Origin: Octopus vulgaris
Taxonomy: Eukaryota
Length of the DNA stretch: 64,000 bases
Assembly (NCBI GenBank): GCA_951406725.2
Contig: OX597815.1
Location: 173,724,001 to 173,788,000, forward strand
Direction of reading: 5' to 3'
The notes below the pieces were generated by a model. That model was given only the letters and a program-made list of their open reading frames with translations. It searched no databases and was not told the origin of the DNA. The stretch's first letter is position 1. Each line of letters begins with the position of its first letter. Both the position numbers and the translations under genes were made by a program. This document shows positions 24,980 to 38,299 of this stretch, piece after piece.

Positions 24980-25092
24980 TGCATCTGAGCAGTTGTTTGA
25001 ATTGCTAAATATAGCAGCCAAATCTGCCGGTAGGGTGATCTTAGGGAGATTTGGCTGCTATATTTAGCAATTCAAACAACTGCTCAGATGCA
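24980..25092. repeat. Perfect 46-bp inverted repeat with 21-nt loop
   Basis: 24980-25025 is the exact reverse complement of 25047-25092. Confidence 0.95.
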
Positions 25093-27440
25093 TGCACACA
25101 ACATTGTAGCTGTTTAACCCCAAGTTACATGCATAAATGGTGTTCCAGGTGTCACCATCTAGTCTTCGATCTATCGGGGTTAATATTATCCAATGTGTCC
25201 TTCTTTTCTTAAGACTGTGTTGTCTGTGATTTGAAGGAGATTTAACAACTGTTTCTAGCAAATAGAGCTGCTATGCAGTATTTCTTTTCTAACACAAAAG
25301 AGCATAGATAGGGTGACACAGAAAAAGACAGACAGCAACAAAAAAAGTCAAATTCAGTAAAGTGGTGGATGAAGAAACAATAGATACATAGAAGTGCACA
25401 CAAATACACTCCTTTACATATCAGGGACATCAATTGTTGATCAAGGGTGGGAAAATAATGTGACCTCACTTGTACATATATGTGATCTACTTGGTTTTGG
25501 TCAAATTATGCACATTTCATTCAAATTACATGCATGAACAACCAAAAGCCATGACAGAGAAATGTTTTGTTTGTTCATTCATTCATTCAGATGGATAGAT
25601 GAACAGACAGACAGAAAGAGCATTAATAGCACTGCTCTAAAACAATTTCAGGGATATAAGTGCAAAGAAAACACCAGTTTACTAAAAAGAAAATTGGGAT
25701 TTTCAATTTGTTTTGGGACAGGTTAGAATCATGCATATCCTTGCACACTGTTTATAATATCACAGAGCAACACTATCCAATTAAAAATCAACCATTAAGT
25801 TCATGATGATATATTTAATGTAGTGAACATAAAAAATGTGAACATATGGAGACAACATTCAAACACACTTTTGAATGATTTTCTACAGCCAGATATCCTT
25901 TCTGTCAGTAATCCTTATCTGTTTCCAAGCATGGTAATATTTCCCCATTGTCAGACATGTTTTTGCAGAGGACTGGAAATGAAGGACACCACTCACTTGT
26001 ATGATGGCGACACTTGTTTACAACTATAACATGATGTCAAGAAAAGGAGATATGAACACATCCCTTCTCTCTCTCTCACACACACACACACACTGTAAGT
26101 ACAATGAACACACACACACACACACACACACAATAGGGTTCTTTCAGTTTCCATCTACCAAATCAACTCACAAGGCTTTGATCAACCCAGGGTTATAGAA
26201 GACAGTTGTAGAAGGTGGTATGCAGTGGGAATGAACCTGAAACTATGTGATTAGGAAGCAAATTCCTTAACCACACACTCCATCATTTTAATGTCTACTT
26301 TTCCATATTTGCATTGGTGAAATGAGTCAGTAATGAGGTAGATTTTCCTATGGCCAGAGGCTCTTCCTGACCTGAACCCTCACCTATTTCTAAGCAAGGC
26401 CTATTGAACAATGGACAGTTCTGACAGTCTTTTGAAGAATTGCAAACAAGCAAGGTTTTTGTCTGTGCGTGACAACACAAGAGAAAATACAAATTCACTT
26501 GTACACACTTATGATGGGTTCTTCAGTTTCTTTCTACAAATTTCAATCACAAAAGTATTGGTCAATCCACATCTATAATAGATGAAATCAGCCAACAACA
26601 TCAATGCAGTGGGATTGAACCTCTAATCACATGATTCCAAAGTGTACTTCTTAACCACACAGCTATATAAATAATAGCTTATAATTTATTGGGTTAAAAA
26701 CCCCTTGGAAGAAAGAAAAGGTCAAAGGCTTCCTGCAAGACTTCAACCATGCATCTTTTAGTACCCTTATAACATATATGCTAACCATTTTATACTAAAG
26801 TAACTATCAGTTACTTTTCCATCACATAAGACACTTTGAACTTAGAAGTGAGAAAATGAGTTGCTTTACATATAAAAATGTTGGAAGTTTTGAGAAACAT
26901 ATTAATTTACAGCTATGGATACAACATTGTCAACTTAGAGATACACTGTTCAAATGAGATATTCACATATTTGTTGAACCTTCTATATATACATATATAC
27001 ATACACACAAATATTTATTAAATGTAAAGTTATAAAAATGACTAAGTCTTGAGTTTCACGCAAGGCATTTATCAAGCTAAATTATATAGGTAAAAGTTAC
27101 CATATTTAACAGCATACAAAGCATACTTTTATTTTTAATGTATCCAAAAATTGTCCTGCATCTAATACAACCATTTTATGGATAAGAAATTGAACTCTAT
27201 AGTCTAGGAAGCCAGATGAGCAGAATTCTGCAAGGTACAATAATTGTTACTCAAAATAAAATTAAAAACAAGCTAAATTATCACAGACATAACACAAACT
27301 TATGAAAAATTGCTTAGTTATGTTGGGAGGTTACTTCATCTCATTATGCCATTTTCCTTGGCATACATAACCCACACCTGATATATCTCACATTATTTAA
27401 TGACTGTTACCTTTAAGAAACAGTTTATAATTATCTAACT

Positions 27441-28594
27441 TAGTAGTTCTCAACCATTTTTTTTTGCCTATGGACCCCTTTAATTCCTATTTTACTCTAC
27501 TGGACCCTCATACTCATCATCATTATCATTGTTTAACGTCCATTTTCCATGCTGGCATGGGTTGGACGGTTTGATTGAGGTCAGGCAAGCCACGAAGCTG
27601 CTGCACCATGCTCCCATCTGAGCTGGCAAGGTTTCTACAGCTTGATGCCCTTCCTAACATCAACCACTACCCATGGGGGCCAGTCAGGCAGCACTGGTAT
27701 CAACCATGCTTGAATGGTGCTTTGTAAGTGCCACTGGCATTGGTGCCAGTCAGGTTGTACTAGCATTGGCCATGACAACGATTTCACTTGACTCAACAGA
27801 TCTTTTCAAGCACAGCATATTGCCTGACAATTGAAGGGTACTTTTTAATGGGCTGGTCATGTGACACTGGCATTGGCCATGGCTACGATCTCACTTGGCT
27901 TGCCAGATCTTCTCCAAAGGTCTCAAGTCACTTGTCATTGCCTCTGTGAAGCCCCACGTTCAAAGGTTGTGCTTCATCACCTCATCCCATGTCTTCCTGG
28001 ATCTACCTCTTCCACAGGTTCCCTCCACTGTTAGGGTGTGACACTTCTTCACACAGCTGCCCTCATCCATATGCAACACATGACCATTCCAGCACAGTCA
28101 TATCTCCTGCACACCACATCTGATGCTTCTTATGCCCAACTTTTCTTTCAGGGTGTTTACACTGCCGTGTATGCATATTGCCATCACACATCTAACAGAG
28201 CATACTAGCTTCATTTCTTTCAAGCCTACACATGCCCACAGCAGTCACAACCCATGTTTCACTGACATGTAGCATGGCTGTTCACACACATACAGTCTAC
28301 CTTTCAATCTGAGCAAGAGGCCCTTTGTAACCAGCAGAGGTAGGAGATCTCTGAACTTTGCTCAGGCTATTCTTATCCTAACAGCTATGCTCTCAGAGCA
28401 TTCACTACTGACTTGGTCACCTAGGTAACAAAAGCAACCAACTTCTTTTAGTTTTTTCCCCCACCCAGCATGTGATGGAATCTGTTTTCTGTACATTTTC
28501 GGTGTTTACTACCTGTGTGCACCTGCCACACACAACTTATTGCACATAAATTTTAACAATAAAATCTTATATGGAGCCTGGTTGAGAACCACTG
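27441..28594. mobile_element. hAT-type MITE with 8-bp TSD, interrupted by an RTE LINE fragment
   Basis: TIRs tagtagttctcaacc and ggttgagaaccactg; TSD atctaact at 27433-27440 and 28595-28602. Confidence 0.85.
27515..28535 (-). mobile_element. RTE LINE 3' fragment (decayed ORF C-terminus, 3' UTR and tail)
   Basis: GTCGRGRSRKTWDEVMKH on the minus strand near 27975-28025; homologous to 31283-31650; (ATG)n tail at about 27515. Confidence 0.85.
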
Positions 28595-29018
28595 ATCTAA
28601 CTGAAAATTTTCTCTGTCTATTTGTTCTTTGCAATGAGTGGATTACAACAAAACTATAGTGCCTCACCTTGATAATCAGCTGAAGTTATACAAAATCTTA
28701 CAGCCAGAAATACAAGTTTTACATCCTGTATGACAATTCTCTAGACTAAAATATAAACAACTATAGAGTTGGCCTGAAAGAAGATAAAGTTGAAATATGG
28801 TAATCTCGTAACCTAGATTATTTATGATAAACTTACAGTTTCCTACTTTATTCCAGTATACTGTCATAAAATTGAATTTACACATAACCATAGGTTTTAC
28901 CCAACAAAATCACTTTAAAATATCTTCAATAGGTGTGTGATGAAACAGTAAATTTATTTACATTATTTACATTTGGTAGATATTTGTCCTCATCTTGTTT
29001 GTCGTTTAACACAACTCT

Positions 29019-29625
29019 TTGTATATTGATGACACCTTTATATTCTGGCCCAACCAGGAAGATGTCCAAGTGCTGTTAGATCATGTGAACTCAATAAAGC
29101 CATCCATACAGTTCACAATGGAAAAGGAAAAAGACAATCAGCTAGCATTCCTGGATGTATCAATAACATGCACCAAGTATGGATTCAGGACATCCATATA
29201 CCACAAGCCAATCTTCACTGGATGATACCTCAACTTCAATTCCCATCATCCATACAGTGTAAAGAAAGGGATTGTACAGTGCCTAAAACATTGTTCAAAG
29301 AATATAAGTAGCGATCATGATACACACCACAAAGAAATGATAAAGTTCAATAACAATCTATTAAGCAATAACTACGCCAAAAACATACTATCCATTCCAA
29401 TTATGAAGAAAAAAGTGGATGAAACCAAAAAACTGTCCACAGTCTGCCAACCCTATGTGAAAGGCCTCTCCAAAAAGCTGCAAAAGATATGTGGTCCATA
29501 TGACATTAGGACAGTATTCAAGAGTAATACAACACTTCGCAAATATCTCCTTTGAGTAAAACCACCATTAGAAAAGAATATGACCAAAGACTGCGTGTAC
29601 TCCATCCCATACAGCTGTGGTAGGT
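29019..29625 (+). mobile_element. Penelope-like element fragment (RT C-terminal part, linker, start of GIY-YIG)
   Basis: YIDDTF, SIQFTMEKE...LAFLDV, YLNFNSHHP, PYVKGLS, CVYSIP.SCG; interrupted by stops. Confidence 0.88.
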
Positions 29626-30072
29626 TATTCCAGTATACTTTCATAAAATTGAATTTACACACAACCATAGGTTTTACACTACAAAATCACTTTAAAATAT
29701 CTTTCAATAAGTGTGTGACGAAACATAGTAAATTTATTTGTAAGAAAGCTAGTAAATGTGTATGGTAACAGCAACAAAAAAGAAACAAACAAAAAAGGGA
29801 GAACATGGTACACAATTATGATTACAAACAACAAGAAATAACAACAGGCGTCTTTCGACTGAGAACGCATCAAATTGAGCTGGCGTGTATGAATTGGAAC
29901 ATTGGACATAGGCTGGAACATAGGACATGGACATAAGAGGTGTTGGCAGTGGCCAATAAAGCCAAGAGAGAAAGATCATGACCGGCCGGGCACTGTCACG
30001 TGGAAGGAGGAGAGACGGGTAGGGGGCAGAGGGATTGAAGGATTAGAAAAAAATGTATACATTAAATATACA

Positions 30073-30108
<36 letters not shown>

Positions 30109-30145
30109 ATGATATATATATATATATCATGATATATATATATAT

Positions 30146-30425
30146 CATTGCCAGCCTCGCCTGGCCCTCGTGCCGGTGGCACATAAAAAGCACCATCCGT
30201 TCGTGGCCGTTTGCCAGCTCTGTCTGGCACTTGTGCGGGTGGCACGTAAAAAGCACTCACTACACTCACGGAGTGGTTGGCGTTAGGAAGGGCATCCAGT
30301 CGTAGAAACACTGCCAGATTTGACTGGGCCTGATGAAGCCTTCTGGCTTCACAGACCCCAGTAGAACCGTCCAACCCATGCTAGCATGGAAAACGGACGC
30401 TAAACGATGATGATGATGATGATGA
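30146..30425 (+). mobile_element. RTE-LINE 3' end inserted in (TA)n
   Basis: Same 3' motif set and (ATG)n tail; (TA)n on both flanks. Confidence 0.85.
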
Positions 30426-30443
30426 TATATATATATATATATA

Positions 30444-30621
30444 TCATCATCATCATCATCAAATGTCCGCTTCCCATGCTAGCATGGGTTTGATGATTTG
30501 ACTGAGGTCTGGTGAACCAGATGGCTGCACCAGACTCCAATCTGATCTGGCAGAGTTTCTACAGCTGGATGCCCTTCATAACGCCAACCACTCCGAGAGT
30601 GTAGGGGGTGCTTTTACGTGC
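30444..30621 (-). mobile_element. RTE-LINE 3' end inserted in (TA)n
   Basis: Tail-to-tail with the 30146-30425 copy. Confidence 0.85.
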
Positions 30622-30667
30622 ACACATATATATATGTATACACACACACACATATATATATATATAT

Positions 30668-31653
30668 CATTATCATCGTTTAATGTCAGCTTTCCAGGCT
30701 AACATGGGTTGGACAATTTGACTGAGGACTAGCGAGCCAGATGGCTGCACCAGGCTCCAATCTTGATCTAGCAGAGTTTCTACAGCTGGATGCCCTTCCC
30801 AACACCAACCACTCTGAGAGTGTAGTGGGTGCTTTTACATGCCACCGGCATCAGAGTCAGTCAGGCGTACTGGCAATGGCCAAACTCAAGTGGTGTTTTT
30901 TTACATGCCACCTGCACAGGAGCCAGTCCAGCGGCACTGGCAACGACCTCAGTTGAATGTTTTTTCACGTGCCAGTAAGGCGATGTTGGTAATGATCACG
31001 CTCGAATGGTGCCTTTTATGTGCCACTGGCACGGAAGCCAGTTAGCTGCTCTGGCAACGATCACACTCAGATCGTACTCTTAGCACTCCACTAGCACGGA
31101 TGCCAATCATCAAATTTGATTTCAATTTCACTTGTCTCAACAGGTGTTCGCAAGCAGAATTTAGTGTCCAATGAAGGAAAGGTACGCATAAGTGGGCTGG
31201 TTACACCCCTGGCATAGGCCACGAGGTTATGGTCTCACTTGGCTTGCCAGGTCTTCTCAAACACAGTATATTTCCAAAGGTCTCAGTCACTAGTCATTGC
31301 CTCGGTGAGGCCTAATGCTCGAAGGTCGTGCTTCACCACTTCATCCCAGGTCTTCCTGGGTCTACCCCTTCCACATGTTCCCTCAACTGCTAGGGTGTGG
31401 CACTTTTTCACACAGCTATCCTCATCCATTCTCGCCACATGCCCATACCAGCACAGTCGTCTCTCTTGCACACCACATCTGATGCTTCTGAGGTCCAACT
31501 TTTCTCTCAAGGTACTTACACTCTGTCGAGTATGTACACTGACATTACGCATCCTTCGGAGCATACTGGCTTCATTCATGGTCCATGTTTCGCTGCCATG
31601 TAGCATAGTTGTTCGTACACATGCATCATACCGGCTGCCTTTTACTCTGAGCA
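30668..31653 (-). mobile_element. RTE LINE 3' fragment with coding remnant
   Basis: ORF 31283..31714: MLHGSETW, RRLCWYGHVARM, GRGRPRKTWDEVV, typical of the RTE clade; followed by the repeat-bearing 3' UTR and tail. Confidence 0.9.
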
Positions 31654-31714
31654 AGATATTTTTATGTGTGTGTATTCGTCTCTGTTTTTGATTCCCCATC
31701 ACCACCACCACCAT

Positions 31715-31900
31715 TGCTTAGAAACCAATGTTGGCGTGTTTATGTCCTTATAACTAGGCAGCTTAGCAGAAAATATTGATAGAATTAGCACCAGACTTAC
31801 AAAGAATAAGTCCAGGGGTCAATTTCTTCATGTAAAAGGTGCTACTCCAGCATGGCCACACTCAAATGACTGAAACAAGTAACAGAGTAAAAGAGTAATA

Positions 31901-31952
<52 letters not shown>

Positions 31953-32415
31953 CATCATCATCATTTAACATCCGCGTTCCATGCTAGCATTGGATGATTT
32001 GACTGGGGTCTGGCAAACCAGATGGCTGCCCCATCTATATATATATATATACATATACACACATACATACACGTGTAGATATATATGTGTATGTGAATAT
32101 ATATGGAGTTACATATATTATAACCTGAGGCCGCCAAAGCCTTGTGAGTGGATTTCGTACATAGATACTGAAAGAAAACTGTTGTATATATGTGTATATT
32201 TGTGTGTGTGTGTGTGCGCATGCGTGTGTACCCCCACCATTGCTTGACAACCAATGTTGCTGTGTTTACATTCCCACAACTTAGCAGTTCGGTAAAAGAC
32301 ACTGATAGAATAAGTACTAAGCTTACAAAGAATAAATCCTGTGGTAGATTTGTTCAACCAATGGCAGTGCTCCAGCATGGCTGCAGTCGCATGATTGAAA
32401 CAAGTAAAACAATAA
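31715..32415 (+). mobile_element. Two copies of a further SINE-like repeat (31715-31900 and 32240-32415); third copy at 24862-24981 on the minus strand
   Basis: Shared GATAGAATAAGTACT..GCTTACAAAGAATAAGTCC..CTCCAGCATGGC..ATGACTGAAACAAGTAAAA. Confidence 0.7.
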
Positions 32416-32842
32416 AGAAACTATACCATTTTAATCCCGAGAAAGGCTGGGTATCTCTGCTATTGTGTATGTGTGTATGCATCAGTATCATCATACATAT
32501 ATAAATGCCTACATAAACACAAATGAAAAATATATGTACATCCACATGTTCACAAGCATAAAGACAAAAATATGCACATATAGACAAGGTATAATTGTGC
32601 CTTTGTAATCTATGGTTGTGCTTATACTGATATTTGATCGCACTGTATAACTTAACATAGGTATGAGAGTTAACTAATGTTTTAATTGTAATACAAGTAT
32701 ACAAATAAATAGATACAAGTGAACACAAACAAACACATTGTGTAAATATACATTGTACATTAAAGAAAAAACAAGTGCAGGTGTCAAAAATAAAGTGAAT
32801 CTGCTGTGAAAGATTATCCACATAAATTATGTTGGGTCACTG

Positions 32843-32879
<37 letters not shown>

Positions 32880-33540
32880 TATATATAGAGGTCGGACAAA
32901 ATATTGGAAACACCTTAAAATTTCAAACAAATTAATTTTAATATGGGGTAGGACCACCTTTGGCAGTAATTACAGCTTGAATTCTAAATATCCCATAAGT
33001 AACTCAGTGCAAGGTGAAAATTATGCTTGATACCATGTTAGATTCTGTATAATAACTGCCACCTAAGTAATATCACTATTTACAGCAATTGGACCCATTT
33101 GATGCATATTATGGTAGGTCACTGATAGTGTTTTCTCATTACAAACAATTGACAATAATGTTCTCTTTATCATATCCCTACACATTGAAATGGAATTATC
33201 CAAACTCAAACCAGTCAGATATGAATAAAGATGTATAAAGACAGTGCATTTTAATGAACTCTGTAAGCTGAGCCTAAATTAATTTTAATATTCTATTTGC
33301 TTTCAAAATTATTTTAAATGAGGAGTCAAAGCTATAGTAGATTCAAAAGATGGATGAAGTGCATATTAATTATAAAGACTCTGAAGGACAGGTGGTTAAG
33401 TTAAGTGATAAGAATATATAATTACCACAGAATTGTTACAAGGTGGTACATAATATCAAACATATGCATACACACAATAAAAGTATAAACACATGCTCAA
33501 AGCATAAATACACATACACACGCACATGCACAAAGCTTAC

Positions 33541-33722
33541 TTTGTTTGACGACTCAATGCTTTTAAGCGTAACTCTTCCCAGCGGTTATTCAACAATGCC
33601 ATTTGTATTCTAATTTCATGTTCTTCTTCTTTGTTGACTTTCTTATCGTTTATCAAATCAGTGCCTTCTTTGAGAACACTCCCTACACTGTCTTGATGCT
33701 TTGTAAGATCAAGCATAAATTC
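33541..33722 (-). CDS. DMD: Dystrophin exon, spectrin repeat 1 (EFMLDLTKHQDSVGSVLKEG...QMALLNNRWEELRLKALSRQT); equivalent of human exon 11
   Basis: 182 bp, ttttcag/gtaagc, phase 0-2; not in the ORF track, read directly from sequence. Confidence 0.95.
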
Positions 33723-35607
33723 CTGAAAAAATAGTGTTAATAAATATTGAAATGAGTAAACATAAAAATATTTCAGAGAGAAAAAAAAACATAATACTCA
33801 AATAACCTAAACACAACTACCATTGTGTTGATTAACTTCATGCTGATGTGAGTTTCAATTCAATAATAAAAATAATCTATAAAAAAAAGTACTGCATATA
33901 AAATAGTCATATAGTTAAAATGTTAGATATACTGCAGGTGTATAAGCTGGAATACAGAGCATCAAAAGAAAGAAATTAGTATCTACGTAACTTAAGGCCT
34001 TAAAACTATTTGCCTACACTTGTGGCATTGAAGTTGATATTGCTACCAATTTAAGCAGATGCAGGCCACATGCACCAACACAGTTACAATTACCAAATTA
34101 TATTAGTTAATTAATATAAATCACAGAAATATTTCCAGTTAACTGAGCTACTTAAATTTCTTTTCTTATTTATTTTATTTTTTCATTTTCATTAAATTAC
34201 TCTAGAGAAAAGGTCTGTGTCCAAAGCCTTTGCAGCAGCTGTCTATAACATCCTGCTTTAAACAGTTGTAAGTCATTGGATGCAGGAAAGTGATGCACAA
34301 GGAGGCAATTCCAGAGGGCCAAAATTCAGGACAGAAACTCTGAAAGTAGTGGTTTATGCAGGGCTTGGGAATGAGTGGGTTTAAACACCATAAGGATGAT
34401 GATGAGATGAGGGATGAAACAGTCAAAAGTATATGAGTGGAAGAGGCATGTGACCAGCCAGATGGTCAAGGAACAGAAGTCATTGTTGTTGCAATAAAAA
34501 AGCAGAATGAGGAAACAGCATATCTGTGGGTCAGAGGTCGGAGTGTGCTTGGAAGTATCTTTTCTGTATTATAACCAGAGAAAGATATATGTGTATGCAT
34601 AAATTAATTGATTATTAATGAGGAAAGAGTGTTCCCACCGTTGTTTTCATTCACAATTTTTGTTTTTCTCATGCTTGTATACATCATCTTGTGTAAATAG
34701 ATTCATTACATACAACTTTTGTGAGAAGGAGCACACACTATTGAAATAACTATCATACAACAACATACACACTATATTCAAGACAGTAGTGTGTGATTGG
34801 TGCAAGATTTAGCTGTTATATCTAACAGGCTGAAATGCTATGTAAAGGCTTCCTTGATGGCTTCTGGGTGTTATTTTGGCAGAATCTACATGTAGGATTC
34901 CCATTTTTTGGCACTATGTCACCTCTTGTCATATTTGTTCTAGTTCTTTACAATTCAGTATAAATTTAGAACTTCCTTAGAAATGGTGATGCTGTTCTAG
35001 CTATTACATCAATTTATGAAACTAACTTGCTAATTGAAGATAAATTTAATTAGTTTTATAATTATTAAACATTTCCCCATAGAGTGGTTGGTATATAACT
35101 AAATATATGAGAGCATGAGGGGATATAAGAAATAGAAATAGCGGACAAAGAGAGGAAGGCAGAGAGACTTCCTCCTTTTCTTACTCCCTCTGTGTTCACC
35201 CTTTCCTTGACTCAATTGCTAACTCCTCTCTTTTTCAACATTCATGATGCATAAATAAACAGCTAAACTCAATTTTATAAACAAGATAAGATTCATATCC
35301 CTATTCTAATACTTAGCCATGTATTCATGAATGAAGGCAAAATCTTATTTCCAGAATCAACAAAGCCCAAACTAATGTACTCTAAGCAATATCCATTTAT
35401 TTAGACTAAACAAAAGTTATAATTACAAGTTATTTTATCAAATTGATTACTGCTCTTTAGAATAAAGACTGCAATCATACAAATATGAGTACATGAATTT
35501 TTATACCCACAACATGGGACAAAATGTCTTACAATATTTGCTACATTCTTCATTCAAATCACTGTTGCATTCACTTTGCTTTATATCCTCCTTGGTTCAA
35601 TAAAATA

Positions 35608-36430
35608 CAGGATGTCCCAAAAGTCACTGATGGGTTTCAATCTTTAATAACTTCCTTAACTTTACAAATGAAGGCATGGAATTTTGATACAGTATAAAGG
35701 ACATAATGGAAATTAATATGCACAAGTCAAATTGTGCAACACCACTACATCACTACATCTCATATGAAAAATGACATCCATTTTCGGCTTTGCACACCAG
35801 TGCTCTTTCCAAAACTTGTACCATAACACCCTCCAAAGTTTCAGACTCCACTTCTCTGATTTCTCTATAGATGTTCTCCTTCAGTTGCACCAGAGTTTCT
35901 AGTTTGTTGACATAAACCCTCTCTTTCAGGTATCCCCACAAGAGAAAAATCCGGGCTAGTCAAGTTGGAGGAATGTGAAGGCCAATTGATGTTGCCATAG
36001 CGGGAGATTATTCTCTCTCCAAAGCATTGCCATAGCAACTGCATTGTTTCTCTTGCAATATGAGCAGTTGCCCCATCTTGCTGGAACCATGTATGAGGTC
36101 TACTTTGAATGGCCAGGCACAAAAGGGTCTCAATCATGGATACTTGAATGAGAGGGTTTACGTCAACAAACTGGAGACCCTGGTGCAACTGAAGGAGAAC
36201 ATCAATAGAGAGATCAGAGAAGTGGGGATCTGAAACTCTTGAAGTACAAGTTTTGGAAAGAGCACGGGAGTGTGAAGTCGAAAATGGCTGCCATTTAAGC
36301 AATGTCATTTTTCCCATGCCAGCATGGAAAACGGACATTAAACGATGATGATGATGAAAGTAGTGATATTGCAAAATTTGACTTGTGCATAATTTCCATT
36401 ATGTCCTTTATATTGTATCAAAATTTCATA
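35608..36430 (-). mobile_element. Tc1/mariner-superfamily transposase remnant with fold-back duplication of its 3' part
   Basis: WFQQDGATAH and WPSHSSNLTSPDF..WGYLKERVY (WPPRSPDL-type) motifs; about 35675-35935 is repeated inverted at about 36137-36430. Confidence 0.85.
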
Positions 36431-38299
36431 ATGTTTTTAATCTGGTTTTTATCTATAATTAAGCTAAAAGTTGAAACTATATTGTGCAGGTGTGATAATG
36501 TAGTTGTTAAATTCATCTTGAACCAAGTAAATGATCCAATCTAAAGGAACTTATGTTGCTAATGCTGATTTCAAGGAGCTAGAATGAAATAATTTGTAAT
36601 AGAAAAGACAATTTTTCAGTAACACTCTTGGTATTCACCTTGGACAAGCAGTAGTATACTTTGAACCTTTCAATAAAAGATCACTATTGAAATTAAAAAT
36701 TACTGTTACACATTCAGTTCATATGCAATTTCCTAGAAATGGCTCACATAAATAAGTGAATACAGCATATGGAATACAACTTATTGAGAACACATCTGAA
36801 CTAGAACCACCATTAAGTTAGCCATTCATAAATTTATAGCTTCCTCATGACCTCAAAAGATTACTAATGAGACTGAACAACTATAGTTATAGGCTTATAA
36901 ACGATCTTATAACTGAAATAAAATAGGTACTATTTCTGTATCATTTCTATATCATAAAGAATAGAAAATGAAAATTATATTTATATGTTAAATTATATTT
37001 TATGATCATGACATCAATGCTTAAATGTTTCAAAAGTCCAATCACTGGTTCACTGCATTTATGACACAAGATAATGTCTGAGCAACAAGAAAAAATACAA
37101 AAGGAATTGTATTTAAAAGCACCAGTTTATCACATTTTACATTTTTCGTGAATATACATTGGCAAAAGCTATACACAAACATATACCACAGGCATCTGTT
37201 CAGTGTCTGTCAACCAAGTTCAATTCAAGGCAGTAGCAACATGAGGCCATGGTAAAATACATTTGTGTAAGTTGTTACATAGTGCAACGGAACCTGGTAC
37301 TAAGTAGCAGCAAAACAAATTTCTTAATCATATTGCTATGCCTGTGGCTGCTTTACTGTACTTGTATTATTTATGACCATTCTGTTTTAAATTTCATATT
37401 AAATAACTGTTGCTTATTCTTATTCAAGCAACCACAACCAACATGTATTTCACCACATCATAAAACACAAGGAATTTCTGTACTTCATCAGCAGTGGTAG
37501 GTTCTCAATTTCACACTAACATCAATATAGTTGAGTGGTCTTCATTTTCTATAAGGGTGTAAAATCTCCAAAATATAACATCTGATATTAATAATGATGA
37601 AAAGTACCTGCCAATTTTGTTACAACATTGGCACAGAACTCAGAGGTCAGTGATTTCAAGTATCTTGGATCCTATATTGCTTAAAGTAAGAAAGGTTCTT
37701 TGACAAGCAAAAGACAAGTCTGGAGTGCCTGCAACAAGTTTCAAAACATCTGGCAATTAGTTTATGTGCAAATCAACAAAGATGACCTTCTTCTGGGCAA
37801 ATATAGAGAGCATTTTTTTTTCCTCCAGAGAGCTTGTCAAGATTGCTTCAATAACACAAGCACCCGGGGGCTTAAACTATCTCCTGGCATGAGTACAAGA
37901 CCATAGAAGAGATGTATGGACATATTCCACCCAACTCAATTACTTGCTTAATGTAACTTTACACTTGTAATAGGTGGCACTTACCACATTCTCTCTCTCT
38001 CTCCCAGTACCCATAGAGTGAAACCCTATTTCTATGACATACAGACAACATATCCAGCTCTTCTTCAAGCTGACCTACTCTTATACCACCTATTTTAACT
38101 TTCTTTCACCCCTTAACTCTTCACTGGTGTGATATGTATTACTTATTACAGTCTTTTACAGAAAAGTAAACTATCCAGAAGAGAAGCTACTTACAAAAAA
38201 ATTCACTGGAATGAATCATCAAAAACAACTCCTAAAGCGTTGATAATATGAATACACATCAAAATCACAATCAGAATCTCAATAAAATTGAAATCAAAA

